A DNA stretch of 63,261 nt, filler included, from Octopus bimaculoides (taxonomy: Eukaryota), in NCBI RefSeq assembly GCF_001194135.2. It is 7 parts of 6 records of this genome, joined end to end, with 100 filler letters (N's around TTAATTAATTAA, not from the genome) between each part and the next. Parts side by side here need not be neighbours in the genome. Positions count along the whole stretch, not along the records: positions 4,826 to 11,283 come from NC_068983.1; positions 11,384 to 26,396 come from NC_068984.1; 5 more parts are not named here. The stretch is one strand, 5' to 3'. The translations under genes and the position numbers were made by a program. The notes below the pieces were generated by a model. That model was not told the origin of the DNA and ran no database searches. It saw only the letters and a program-made list of their open reading frames with translations. How positions within the stretch are numbered: position 1 is the first letter of the stretch; every line of letters begins with the position of its first letter. This document shows positions 11,101-22,909 of the stretch, one piece after another.

Positions 11101-11721
11101 AACATATATATAAACTATAATCAATACCGATGAAATATTGAAACGTGCATCTGCAGATGATGGGGATTAAAAAAAAACTATATCAGTCTTAATTTTAACT
11201 ATCTTTTATTATTCTACCACGTACAAAATCTTAACTTTGGTTTAAATTCTCTAATAATACAAGTATAATGCATAGGCTACACCNNNNNNNNNNNNNNNNN
11301 NNNNNNNNNNNNNNNNNNNNNNNNNNNTTAATTAATTAANNNNNNNNNNNNNNNNNNNNNNNNNNNNNNNNNNNNNNNNNNNNGTGTGGCTAGGCTGATC
11401 TAATCATTCGCTTATTTTGTCCTTGTCTGCTTCACTATTATACTTTTAATTCTAATTTAACGGACGAGTACCGTTCCGTGTTGTTTTTTTACTTAATTAA
11501 AGATATGGTCAATATATCTTTATGATCGATTGCATTCTTTGAAGGACTATTTTATCGATAAACACTCAGTGTTAATCGTATTCGTCAGTTAAACAAACAT
11601 CCACCTATTCAATCAATCTCCACCTGTTCGATTGCATTGATTTGATTTTCTGTTTCAAATTTTCTTTGATGCCCACTTCAAGTCCTTATATTATTTGTAA
11701 TGCTATTTATTCAATGCAATG

Positions 11722-11930
11722 AGCTGGCAGAAATGTTAGCGAGACAGGCAGAATGCTTGACGGCAATTCTTGCTCTTTATGTTGAAAGCTCAAATTCCGC
11801 CGAAGTCGACTTTGCCTTTCATCCTTTTTGAAGTCGATAAGATAAGCACCGGTTGAGCACTGGGGTCGATGTAATCGACTAATCCCACCACCTATGTGTG
11901 TTGGCCTTCTTCCATAATTTGAAAACATTA
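11722..11930 (+). mobile_element. SINE family B copy
   Basis: gagctggcagaaatgttagc...gtcgactttgcctttcatcc...ggggtcgatgtaatcgact. Confidence 0.8.
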
Positions 11931-11974
11931 CTTCTTGCACCTTCTTATGACTGCGAACTGGTGATATCATTACT

Positions 11975-12165
11975 ACACCAGAAAAATGCTACGTGGCATT
12001 TCTTCCAGCTCTTTCCGAGCTGAGTTCAAATACATCCAATGTCAACTTTATTTTTTGATCCTTTAGAGGGCTATAAAATAAACACAAATTTTGTACAGGC
12101 ATTAGCATGATCATCTTCCCACTCTCCTCAAATTTGCTGGCCTTGTGCCAGAACTAGAAAGAATA
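11975..12165 (+). mobile_element. SINE family B copy (diverged)
   Basis: ctgagttcaaat B-box-like region and tttgctggccttgtgcc tail. Confidence 0.6.
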
Positions 12166-12190
12166 TGATTTATAACTCCATTCCAAAGTC

Positions 12191-12360
12191 ACGAGCTAGC
12201 AGTATCAACAGAACGTCAGAAAAGCGCTTTGCGGTATTTATTCCGGTTCTTGTGTTCTGAGTTCAAAGTGCGCCAAGACCAATTTAGTCTTCATCCTTCC
12301 AGGTTCGATAAAATAAAGCATCAGCAATGTACTGTGGTCAATGATATCGACTAATTACCT
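12191..12360 (+). mobile_element. SINE family B copy (diverged)
   Basis: cgagctagcag head, ttctgagttcaaa, ttcatccttccaggttcgataaaataa. Confidence 0.65.
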
Positions 12361-12407
12361 CAATCCTCATTGTTGCCCGTGTACCGTGTATTGTTTATGA
12401 TTGCTGT

Positions 12408-12615
12408 AAGGCGATGAGCTGGCAGAATCATTACTGCGCAAGGTAAAACACTTTGCGGCATTTCGTCTGTCTGTATATTCTGAGTTCAAAATACATCGAG
12501 GTCGACTCTGTCATTCATCCTTCGGTGTCGATAAAATACCGAAGTACTGGAGTCGGTTTTATCATCTTCCCCCTCCCTTCAAAAAACATTGATCCTGTGT
12601 CAAAATTTGAAACCA
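12408..12615 (+). mobile_element. SINE family B copy
   Basis: aaggcgatgagctggcagaatc head; gaggtcgactctgtcattcatccttcggtgtcgataaaat. Confidence 0.8.
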
Positions 12616-12631
12616 TTGTGATTGCATTTTG

Positions 12632-12790
12632 GGCGGCGTGCTGGCAGAGCAATTAGGACGTCGGACAAAATGCTAAGCAGCATTTCTTCTGGCTTTACAA
12701 TCTGAGCACATATTCTTTCAGGATCGATAAAATAAGCACCAATGGAGCATTAGGTCCAAGAATTTCAGGCTTTCTGTCTACAGTAGAAAG
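12632..12790 (+). mobile_element. SINE family B copy (deleted)
   Basis: ggcggcgtgctggcagagc head; ggatcgataaaataagcacc. Confidence 0.6.
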
Positions 12791-12869
12791 AACTTTATGT
12801 ACTTCGATTCAAGCATGCCCACAGTCAAGGGCTTTCTAGCAGCTTGAATTGTTACTTCATTATTTATGA

Positions 12870-13922
12870 CGCCGTTTACTTCTTTGCTTATGCAGTTTGA
12901 ATCCCAGTTCTGCTTCCTTGCCCTCGTACGCTACACATTACATAGTCCAGAACCATGGTGAAAAGATAAGGTGCTAGCGTATCGCCTTGTAATACTCCGG
13001 CTTTGACTTCAAAGTATTCCGTCTCTCCATCAGGAGTGATCACTTTCGTTCTGGTGTTCTCATACAGCTTAGTTATTGCTCTCAGAATTCTTGGTGGAAT
13101 ATCATATACTTTAAGTATCTTCATCATCAAGCAGTAACAGTAACTGACCTAGACTATGCTGATGACATGGCATTACTAGCAGAGAGGACAGATCATGCAC
13201 AGGAGGTACTGAGCAGATTAGAGCAGGAATCAGGGAAGGTAGGATTGTACTGTAATGCAAACAAAACAGAGCTGCAAGTATTCAACCACGAAATGCCTGT
13301 GTAGGTGAAAGTGAGAGACGCTAAGTAACTGAAGGTAGTTGAAAATTTCAAATACATTGATGCATGGACACAAAGTACTGAAAAAGACATCGTGGCAAGG
13401 AAAGCTCTTGCCTAGAGCACATGCCATAAATTGATAGGGGTATGGAGTTCAAAGTTAGCAGGGAAATTGAAAGTGAGGTTGTTTCTGGCAACAGTTAAGT
13501 CTCTTCTATATGGGGCTGAAACATGGACGCTCACTAAAGCATTGAAGAAGCAGTAGGACTGTTGTTATACGAGGATGCTTAGAATGGGACTCAACGTTTC
13601 CTGGAAGGGACATACAAAACACACCGACTTATACCCGGGACTACCAAAAGTAACATTGAAGATACAGCATAAAAGGATAAGGCTAGCTGGATACTGCATC
13701 AGACACACCGATGAAATTGCTAACAAGCTAGTGCTCTGGCAACCAACAGAAGGAAGAACCAAGAGAGGAAGAAGGAAGACGACCTATATCGACAACTTGC
13801 TGGAGGATACTGGTATGGAAGGGATACAGGAGCTGAGGGCCATTATGGAAGATCGAGATGAATGGGGAAAACGTTTGGAAAGAGTTTTGGGTCATCCTAT
13901 GAAACGACCTAGATGAGATAAG
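12870..13922 (+). mobile_element. 5'-inverted, 5'-truncated RTE-clade LINE with an 11-bp TSD
   Basis: 12870-13129 is antisense RT (GVLQGDTLAPYLFTMVLDYVM). 13130-13916 is sense RT (TDLDYADD..LLYGAETW..GRRKTTYIDNL) with stops. TSD attatttatga at 12859-12869 and 13923-13933. Confidence 0.92.
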
Positions 13923-13984
13923 ATTATTTATGATTTAATGCTAATGAATATTTCTAAGAAACCTCACTGAGGAATTTTGATGGG

Positions 13985-14100
13985 AAATGATTTAGTCGAT
14001 TGTATCGAACCCAGTATTTTCCAGATGCCCTATTTTATAGGCCTTTAAAGGATGAAGGAAAAAGTTAACTTCAACGGAATTTTGCTCAAAAGATAAAACC
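13985..14100 (-). mobile_element. SINE family B fragment
   Basis: tagtcgattgtatcgaacccagta...aaggatgaagg.aaaagttaact is the reverse complement of the central domain. Confidence 0.55.
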
Positions 14101-15299
14101 ATTCACCGTACTTATAATAACTTTTATAATAATAAAATAACTATCTACGTATTGCCCTAAAACATACACACATATGTATGTATATATGTTTTATATGTGT
14201 ATGTATGTATGTATGTATGTATGTATGTATAAAACATACATACATACATATGTAATATTTTATCTATATATAAGTGTATCTCTTTCTCTCTCTCTCTCTC
14301 TNNNNNNNNNNNNNNNNNNNNNNNNNNNNNNNNNNNNNNNNNNNNNNNNNNNNNNNNNNNNNNNNNNNNNNNNNNNNNNNNNNNNNNNNNNNNNNNNNNN
14401 NNNNNNNNNNNNNNNNNNNNNNNNNNNNNNNNNNNNNNNNNNNNNNNNNNNNNNNNNNNNNNNNNNNNNNNNNNNNNNNNNNNNNNNNNNNNNNNNNNNN
14501 NNNNNNNNNNNNNNNNNNNNNNNNNNNNNNNNNNNNNNNNNNNNNNNNNNNNNNNNNNNNNNNNNNNNNNNNNNNNNNNNNNNNNNNNNNNNNNNNNNNN
14601 NNNNNNNNNNNNNNNNNNNNNNNNNNNNNNNNNNNNNNNNNNNNNNNNNNNNNNNNNNNNNNNNNNNNNNNNNNNNNNNNNNNNNNNNNNNNNNNNNNNN
14701 NNNNNNNNNNNNNNNNNNNNNNNNNNNNNNNNNNNNNNNNNNNNNNNNNNNNNNNNNNNNNNNNNNNNNNNNNNNNNNNNNNNNNNNNNNNNNNNNNNNN
14801 NNNNNNNNNNNNNNNNNNNNNNNNNNNNNNNNNNNNNNNNNNNNNNNNNNNNNNNNNNNNNNNNNNNNNNNNNNNNNNNNNNNNNNNNNNNNNNNNNNNN
14901 NNNNNNNNNNNNNNTATGTTAAATTATAATAAAAACAATTTTACGTTAAGCTGAACTTTTGTATAGCAGAAAGTCATTATTCTCTAAGAATAATATTGAG
15001 AGTGACTTCGAAGTTAATAGGTGTCGACCATGACAACACACTTAAGTTATTTTTAATATTCTTTTTAATTACTGACCACGAGAGTACACTCCCTTGCTTA
15101 AATGCCGTTGCTACTAATAAGAAGAGTAGAGTCCCTTAGATGTGGTGGTACTCAATTTCTGTCAGGTGCCTGGCTAACATTCGTTTGTTCCATTCTTCTA
15201 TTCGTTTCAGCCCTAAGGGTGTGGCCATGCTGGAGCACCGCCAGTAAAATCATTTTTCCAAAGGCCATTTTTATGCGACTGGTTTTTGCGGCCCTCTTT

Positions 15300-15520
15300 C
15301 TACAATTTTTTTTCTTGTACTTATTTCAGTCATTGGAGTGCGGACATGCTGCGGCACCACCTTAAAGGGTTTTGTCGAACAAATCGAGACCAGTACTTAT
15401 TTTTAAGTCGGGTACTTATTCCATTTGGTCCTTCTATTGACACGGGGATGTAAACGGGATATAAACAAACAAACACACGTTGTCAAAGGGTGGGAGACAA
15501 GCGTAAACACAAAGAGATAT
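15300..15520 (-). mobile_element. SINE family D 3' half
   Basis: tttcagtcatt..gcggacatgctgcggcaccacc..ttttgtcgaacaaatcga, matching 4392-4560. Confidence 0.7.
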
Positions 15521-15967
15521 ACACATATACGCATTTTCTTCATAATTGTGAGTGAACCACTTAAGCGATCAGGAGGTTAACGAGTAGAGCAGAATGTAAA
15601 TGATTAATATAAGATATGGACTCAAAGAACACAGAAAGCTCTTCTCATGAACTGTGCCTAACAGTCCACTTAGTAATCAATTACAAAACCATGTAATGGA
15701 GGGGGACCATGTAATTGAAAATCCAGACTTCGACAGTACGCATGCTACATACATACATACATAGATATGTGTATATATGTATGTAGGTAGGTATAAACTT
15801 TTACTTTATAACTTACTTCTTGCAGTGTCGATCTAATATTAACTACAAAGGTCTCCTGGACTTTTGTCTTCGTATTTGATTTCACTTTTTTGTAACTTTA
15901 TTTGCTGCACCTCCGCCCATCCCCACGTACCTACCCCCCCCCCNNNNNNNNNNNNNNNNNNNNNNNN

Positions 15968-15999
<32 letters not shown>

Positions 16000-16189
16000 C
16001 ACCCCGTTTTAGTTTTATCTTCAACACTATATTTTCCTATACCACTTCTCTGCTCTTTGTCCAACGCGACCATGGTAATCAGTCATGGGTATCAGCATAC
16101 CACCCTTGAAGTACACTGCAGCTGGTCGTTTGCAGAGTGCTGTAGATCTCCTCAGTATTCTTTTCTACTCAAGGCACAAGGCCCGAAAA

Positions 16190-16378
16190 TTTGGGGAGGG
16201 GTCAGTCGATTAGATCGACCTCAGTACACAACTGGTACTTAATTTTTCGACCCCCGAAAGGATGAAAGGCAAAGTCGACCTCAGCAGAATTTGAACTCAG
16301 AACATAAAGACAGACGAAATACCGCTAAGCATTTTGCCCGGCATGCTAACGTTTCTGCCAGCTCGCCAGCTCGCCGCC
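16190..16378 (-). mobile_element. SINE family B copy
   Basis: Reverse complement of head (ctgccagctcgcc), B-box (tttgaactcagaac) and central domain (ggatgaaaggcaaagtcgacc). Confidence 0.85.
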
Positions 16379-16501
16379 TCTTAATTTTAATTTGTACTAT
16401 CAGTATTGATCNNNNNNNNNNNNNNNNNNNNNNNNNNNNNNNNNNNNNNNNNNNNNNNNNNNNNNNNNNNNNNNNNNNNNNNNNNNNNNNNNNATCAACG
16501 A

Positions 16502-16890
16502 AGTGGAGGTGCAATTGTCCAGTGGTTAGGGCAGCGGACTCGCGGTCATAGGATCGCGGTTTCGATTCCCAGACCGGGCGTTGTGAGTGTTTATTGAGCG
16601 AAAACACCTAAAGCTCCACGAGGCTCCGGCAGGGGATGGTGGCGAACCCTGCTGTACTCTTTCACCACAACTTTCTCTCACTCTTACTTCCTGTTTCTGT
16701 TGTGCCTGTAATTCAAAGGGTCAGCCTTGTCACACTGTGTCACGCTGAATATCCCCGAGAACTACGTTAAGGGTACACGTGTTTGTGGAGTGCTCGGCCA
16801 CTTGCACGTTAATTTCACGAGCAGGCTGTTCCGTTGATCGGATCAACTGGAACCCTCGACGTCGTAAGCGACGGAGTGCCAACTAACTAA
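16502..16890 (+). mobile_element. SINE family A, full length, tRNA-derived
   Basis: A-box-like tgtccagtgg, B-box-like ggtttcgattcc; 3' hairpin gttcc-gttgatc-g-gatcaac-t-ggaac; (aact)n tail; probable TSD attgatcaacg (16891-16901; left copy split by the N gap). Confidence 0.9.
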
Positions 16891-17612
16891 ATTGATCAAC
16901 GTAAGGGCATAATTACTGATCTAAGAGGTATAACACCACTTCACGATGGGAAATATCAAACTCGTAAACCTCATAAGCCCCAAATCTCGGGCCTTGTGCC
17001 TAGAGTAGTTGGTTCTTGATCTAATATAGCCATGATTCTGTTTTTGATAATAAAACCAACTCCGGACACGCATTTCTGCTCCGCTAATTTATCATTTCTT
17101 AAGAAGATACATCCATACCCACGATACAGTTATGTTCTGACAGTCTGATCTCACAAACGACAACGACTGTATTTTTCCAACTCGAGTGCCGCGGGTATGG
17201 CAAGCATCTGTGTTCAATCAGCTCCTTCTCTCTCTTGCAACTCAGATCCACTTAAAGTAAAATGTTCGCTGGTAGCGATCCAGTACATTCCTTCGTAATC
17301 ATGGTGGTTATCGATCTGGTATACTTTTTATTAGTATCAGTCACTTGGCCAGTTGTATTATGTGCTGGATTTATCAAGCCAAATCCTTGCACACACTACG
17401 AGTTTGATATGATAAATCCTGCACAGACTAGTTAAATGTGTATAAATATATTTAATGCAGGCGCTGAGTGATGCATATTTGTATAGACGTGTGATTCTAT
17501 TTGTATCTACGCGCAGTTTGATGAATGATTTTTCACAGAAGAACAAACGAATTGGGCATTCTGTTTTCGAAATGCTTATAACGTATATTTTCTCGATCTT
17601 TGTCTATTTCAG

Positions 17613-18190
17613 ATTGTTCAGTATTGCACAACATTAACTTACAGTTCCTTATTGATACTCCGAGTTATAGCCAGAAGACTTCCTTAAAGCTCATCAACTT
17701 TGTTGCGGAAACCTCTGCAATGCTGAAAGAGACGAATGCAGAGTTTGCTCTAGGAGTGAACTTTGGTGTCATGGGGCACCAAGATATAGCTCCGAATTAT
17801 CACACACAATTGGCTCTCAAAAATATCAGTAGTTTCCGTTTTTATAAACAAGTCGGGATGATTGATTCTTTTCTAAGTTTCTTAGCAAAAGGACGACTGG
17901 ACAGAAATCAGAGAACTCTTTTAATAATATTTATTGACGAAAGTGCCGAACCTTTGAAAGAACTCAGAGACAAGATTGAACGTTTAAAACTAAAATATAG
18001 AGGGCTTTTCTCTTTTTTCATTATAACATTTGGACCTTCGGTTAACAGACATGTGGCAAGAAGTATGGCAAGTAATCTGAGTTTTTACTTTCATATCCCA
18101 GATGTTCGCTATATGGAAGTCAGTCACGAAGATTTCGTGAAACTTCTTTGCGGGTCTTCTGCTTCTTATTATAATAAAAACTTCAAATAA
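17613..18190 (+). CDS. Terminal coding exon encoding a divergent von Willebrand factor A (VWA) domain
   Basis: Stop-free, non-repetitive 192-codon frame after the acceptor ttgtctatttcAG (phase 1). Motif order fits VWA: NLQFLID (betaA), LLIIFIDE (betaD), FFIITFG (betaE), ARSMAS, YFHIPD, with Cys at both ends. Upstream exons not identified. Confidence 0.7.
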
Positions 18191-18413
18191 TCAATCAATC
18201 CAAAATATATTAGTTTTTTAAAACAAATTATTTGTCTCTCTTGCCCTCTCTATCCTACTCATATATGTATATATATCACACATATGTGTGTGTTCCTGCA
18301 CAAAATCTCTCATAATGATGGGATATATTACGTTTATAATTAGTATACACTTTCCTTGAAAATGTCCTTCTTCAAGCCCCGGTTACTTGTTGCATTTGAT
18401 ATATTTTGCATCG

Positions 18414-18620
18414 AAGGCGGCGAGCTGGCAGAATCGTTAGCACGCCGGGCGAAATGCTTAGCGGTATTTTCGTCTGTCTTTACGTTCTGAGTTCAAATTC
18501 TGTCGAGGTCGACTTTGCCTTTCATCCTTTCAGGGTTGATAAATTAAGTAGCAGTTGCGTACTGGGGTCGATCTAATCGATTGGCAAAATTCGGGCCTTG
18601 TACCTAGAGTAGAAAAGGAT
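18414..18620 (+). mobile_element. SINE family B, full length; Meta-domain-like
   Basis: tRNA-like head with gagttcaaattc B-box; gtcgactttgcctttcatcctttcagggttgataaattaagta resembles the Meta/Sauria-SINE domain as recalled; imperfect 16-bp TSD (18398-18413 / 18618-18633, 14 of 16 identical). Confidence 0.85.
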
Positions 18621-18653
18621 ATATGTTCCATCGTTATGAAACACTCTATGAGC

Positions 18654-18708
<55 letters not shown>

Positions 18709-19169
18709 CAGACAGACAGACAGACAGTGAGGGTGCTTAAGGCATGGCATGCTTACCATTATGAAGCGGCATGGTCGTTCGATTGATCGAGCACTGTATA
18801 AAAGAGCTAATTAGTCTTTTTCTCAGTTTGTCGGGGTTATGACTATTCATGTGACGAAATACGCTACGTTTGTCTTCTTTGTAAACTCTTTTGTTGGCGA
18901 ACGGTGTTCTTTTATTCAGTGTCTCAAAGACGTATCAGACCAAATCCGAAATCTGCTTCGTCGCAGCAGCTTCTCACCAACCAAATAATTAGGTAATTAA
19001 ACTCTACAGCACATATTGAGTACTTTCGTTGCCCCTTACAAACAGCGTACATACGCACACATATATCCATCCATCCATCCATCCATCCATACATACATAC
19101 ATACATACATGCATGCATGCATGCGTGCATACATACATACATACATACATACATACATACATACATACA

Positions 19170-19806
19170 TGATGGCTGCCCCCTCGTTATCGAGTATGGC
19201 CATTGCACGAAGCTTAACTTAACGGTGCTGTGATCGAATGTGACTTTTTAGCCCAGCTAAAGATCTACAATGTCTTACANNNNNNNNNNNNNNNNNNNNN
19301 NNNNNNNNNNNNNNNNNNNNNNNNNNNNNNNNNNNNNNNNNNNNNNNNNNNNNNNNNNNNNNNNNNNNNNNNNNNNNNNNNNNNNNNNNNNNNNNNNNNN
19401 NNNNNNNNNNNNNNNNNNNNNNNNNNNNNNNNNNNNNNNNNNNNNNNNNNNNNNNNNNNNNNNNNNNNNNNNNNNNNNNNNNNNNNNNNNNNNNNNNACG
19501 TACCTTTGCATGTTGTTTAAGTCCTCCTGCTGAATCACACTCCCTTCCACATGCCCGACAGACATGATTAGTATGGTGTGTAGCATCATCACCAGCGGCC
19601 TGGTAGTCAATCATCAGTCTTGCTTTATGACTACGAAGATGACTCATAAGCCCAGCTTTACTGAGGCACGGTCTTGCACAGACACTGCATGTCAGTGTCA
19701 TAGGAAGACCCTTGCCATCTGGAAGTGCAACAACAATGCCCTTCCTGACATCCCTCCTTAATTTCTCATGTGCAATTCGTGATTTCTCAAAGATAGTTGT
19801 CCCCTC
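19170..19806 (-). mobile_element. 3' end of an RTE-like LINE with tandem C2H2-like zinc fingers and an (ATGT)n tail
   Basis: EGTTIFEKSRIAHEKLRRDVRKG, then CSVC..HLRSH, CRAC..QH and ..GLKSHIRSQH*, a short 3' UTR and an ATGT repeat; N gap inside. Confidence 0.7.
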
Positions 19807-20414
19807 ATGCATACATTCATAAATGTATACACAAGAGCATACATATATGCATGCATACATAAAACATACATACATACATACATACATGGTGTTTGTTCCA
19901 TCTCCGTAGATGCTCTCTTCTTGTGCACCGTTGCTGTCAATAGCATTTTTGATTTACCATCCATGACATCTCAGACGACTATTCAGACCCATTGACATCT
20001 GCATGGTTTGAAACAAAGGCGACAGACGAAAATTGTAATTTATTGTGCGCTTCCAACTGGTTAGGTCAGCACAACACCATCACTCCTCCGTTGACATAGG
20101 ACTTTCAGTAGATGGAATGAATAAATAAGGTCACCCTAAAGGGACATATTTGTACGTTTTCAGATTATTCAAATAAACGCTTGTGCAACACCATTACTAG
20201 TTTCTGAGTTTCTATGATTAGTTCTTGTGACAGGTCCGATGGAGATAACCAGTAATCACATTAAACCGCAGGTCTTCCTCAGAGTGCCCCTCTCCTTGAA
20301 GGATGTAAAATCACTCCTAGTGATTTTACTGCCCCCCCCCCCTGACACCAACAAAGGGCATTTCAGCATCTCCACACGCAGAATCAATGCCATCATTTAT
20401 GCAAGTTAACCCAT

Positions 20415-20564
20415 AGCTTGAACCTGACAGGTGCTGCTACTACTCCGGGTCAGCATACGACTGAGAACAAGAGTTGCAAAGAGGTGGTTCCACACTCCTC
20501 AAAGCCTTTGAATTCCTGAATCAGAACCCATCTATCGGATGCAGTTTAATGTCATACCAAGGAC
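20415..20564 (-). mobile_element. Probable SINE fragment (unclassified)
   Basis: ctgacaggtgct.ctactccgggtcag...ggatgcagtttaatgtcatacc.agga resembles an invertebrate interspersed repeat as recalled; single copy here, cut by a gap. Confidence 0.35.
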
Positions 20565-21426
20565 NNNNNNNNNNNNNNNNNNNNNNNNNNNNNNNNNNNN
20601 NNNNNNNNNNNNNNNNNNNNNNNNNNNNNNNNNNNNNNNNNNNNNNNNNNNNNNNNNNNNNNNNNNNNNNNNNNNNNNNNNNNNNNNNNNNNNNNNNNNN
20701 NNNNNNNNNNNNNNNNNNNNNNNNNNNNNNNNNNNNNNNNNNNNNNNNNNNNNNNNNNNNNNNNNNNNNNNNNNNNNNNNNNNNNNNNNNNNNNNNNNNN
20801 NNNNNNNNNNNNNNNNNNNNNNNNNNNNNNNNNNNNNNNNNNNNNNNNNNNNNNNNNNNNNNNNNNNNNNNNNNNNNNNNNNNNNNNNNNNNNNNNNNNN
20901 NNNNNNNNNNNNNNNNNNNNNNNNNNNNNNNNNNNNNNNNNNNNNNNNNNNNNNNNNNNNNNNNNNNNNNNNNNNNNNNNNNNNNNNNNNNNNNNNNNNN
21001 NNNNNNNNNNNNNNNNNNNNNNNNNNNNNNNNNNNNNNNNNNNNNNNNNNNNNNNNNNNNNNNNNNNNNNNNNNNNNNNNNNNNNNNNNNNNNNNNNNNN
21101 NNNNCACGACGATTATACCGTCATATGGTTCGGCGAAAGGTAAATAATCCAAAGAAAAGAAGACGACAAAGAAAATTCTTTAAAACATCTTTAACTAAAA
21201 GTTATACATGTTTACGTAGCATCTCCGTTTACGCGAAAATGTAATAGCATACCTTTGATGCACGTCTGATGAAGTGTCTCTCCAATGTCTAAAACCGCAA
21301 ATATTACGTGATTTTTCATTTAGAATTTTCGCGTAAACTGGCGTTGCAAATAGAGATGGTACAGAAACATGTGTAACTTATGATTAGAGATGTATTAAAG
21401 AATTTTCTTTGTATTCTTCTTTTCAT

Positions 21427-21460
<34 letters not shown>

Positions 21461-21699
21461 AATTGCAGCGTGGAAGGTGTTTATAAGCCATTTAAAATAA
21501 CACCAACAACAAAAAGAACAACAACGCTACCAAACAACTTTTTCAATACCACGCCATCATATCGTCGTGCTGCTCCGCATTCCATTGATATAACATAATG
21601 CTATGCAATTATTTGACTAGTTTACCGAGTTCGAAACAAACTTAGCAACAACATTTGATGTTGCATAAAATATATATGGACGCGCTTTTGGTTTAGTCC

Positions 21700-22810
21700 C
21701 TATTTTACTGAATTAGACTGTTTCCTGTTGCTGTATATTATTGCAACCGCCATCTGCAAGCACATATCAGTCATGGATAAACTACGACTCACGGGATTTT
21801 CTGAATGGCACACCTACAAAAAAATTACCATCAATTGTCTTTCGTAGTTCGCCGGCACCGTGTCACATGCGGCCCATTTTCAAAAAGTTCTTCATATTCT
21901 ATTTAAGATATCCAGCTCATTGTACCCTTGCAGTCGACCGTGGATTGGCATTGCTTTTCAGAAGCTCCTGTTTGCAATTCTACTTCACCAGACTACTCTG
22001 AGGATCTTATGTAAGAATTTATTGTGAAATATATCCTGCTTTTTGGATCGCTTTGCTATCACTTTCCATATTTTATTGCCATACAGAACTATTTACAAAA
22101 GCTCTGCACTATATAGCTCAATCTTCAATGTAGTGCTGATGTGCGCTGCTTCAGAATTCCAAATTGGGCGCATGCGCCGAAATATGGCTCGTTTTGCCAG
22201 ATGTAATATTCACTTCCATATTATTGAATACTACAGCTAAGATATATAAGTTTAATATTTGTCTGTCAATGATGGTTAACAATCCAATCATTTGAGTCAA
22301 CATGAAATCATTTTTGCTTTTACTCAGGAGGCTAGAAATAGCAGTGTCAGATCCACTTAAAGTACGTTCAACAGAAGTAAAAATAGACACACACACACAC
22401 ACACACGCACACGCACACACACATACATACACACACACACATACATAAATACATACATACATACATACATACATACATACATACATACATAGACGCGCAC
22501 GCACGTATACACACATTGTACAATGTAGTCTTAAACATACAAAAAGTGGATAGTCAAGGCTAGAAAGCTTTTGATTAGAGATCTGTTCAGTCAGGTTGGT
22601 TCTGGATCTTGCCAACAGTAACAAACGTAGAAATTGCAACAACAATGGCAGCTTCTACGACAACAGCAACTATAACGATCCAGGCAGCTTTTGGTACTTT
22701 CCAGTGGTGGAGTTCCTTCGAGTATTGTTCCAAGAACGATGCCATTCATATTGCATACAATCGATATAGTTCCACAACAATATCCAATTCTGAATTTACT
22801 GAGCTATATA
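21700..22810 (-). mobile_element. Old, decayed LINE RT fragment (RTE/L2-like), split by a microsatellite
   Basis: Across frames: DIVVELYRL..WKVP..W (RT N-terminal part), AIFRRMRPIWNS..ISTTLKIELYS..VLYGNKIWK..FHNKFLHKILRVVW (C-terminal part). Confidence 0.55.
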
Positions 22811-22829
22811 GAGTCACACAAACACACAA

Positions 22830-22909
<80 letters not shown>

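Noticed and set aside
16412-16493. 82-N gap as real missing sequence
   Set aside because: The flanks attgatc and atcaacg overlap to rebuild the SINE TSD attgatcaacg; probably an unmerged contig overlap.
17242-17259. 18-mer tcagatccacttaaagta shared with 22347-22364
   Set aside because: Homology does not visibly extend on either side; may be chance or a very old repeat.
21261-21310. cacgt-CTGATGA...aaatatt-acgtg as a hammerhead
   Set aside because: Stem I and CUGAUGA are present, but G12 is missing and no credible stem II forms.
22591-22749. Minus-strand Cys-rich ORF (..SCCCRRSCHCCCNFYVCYCW..) and an overlapping TM-like ORF
   Set aside because: Both arise from a (GTT/GCT)-rich stretch inside a region that otherwise translates as decayed LINE RT; no splice or start context.
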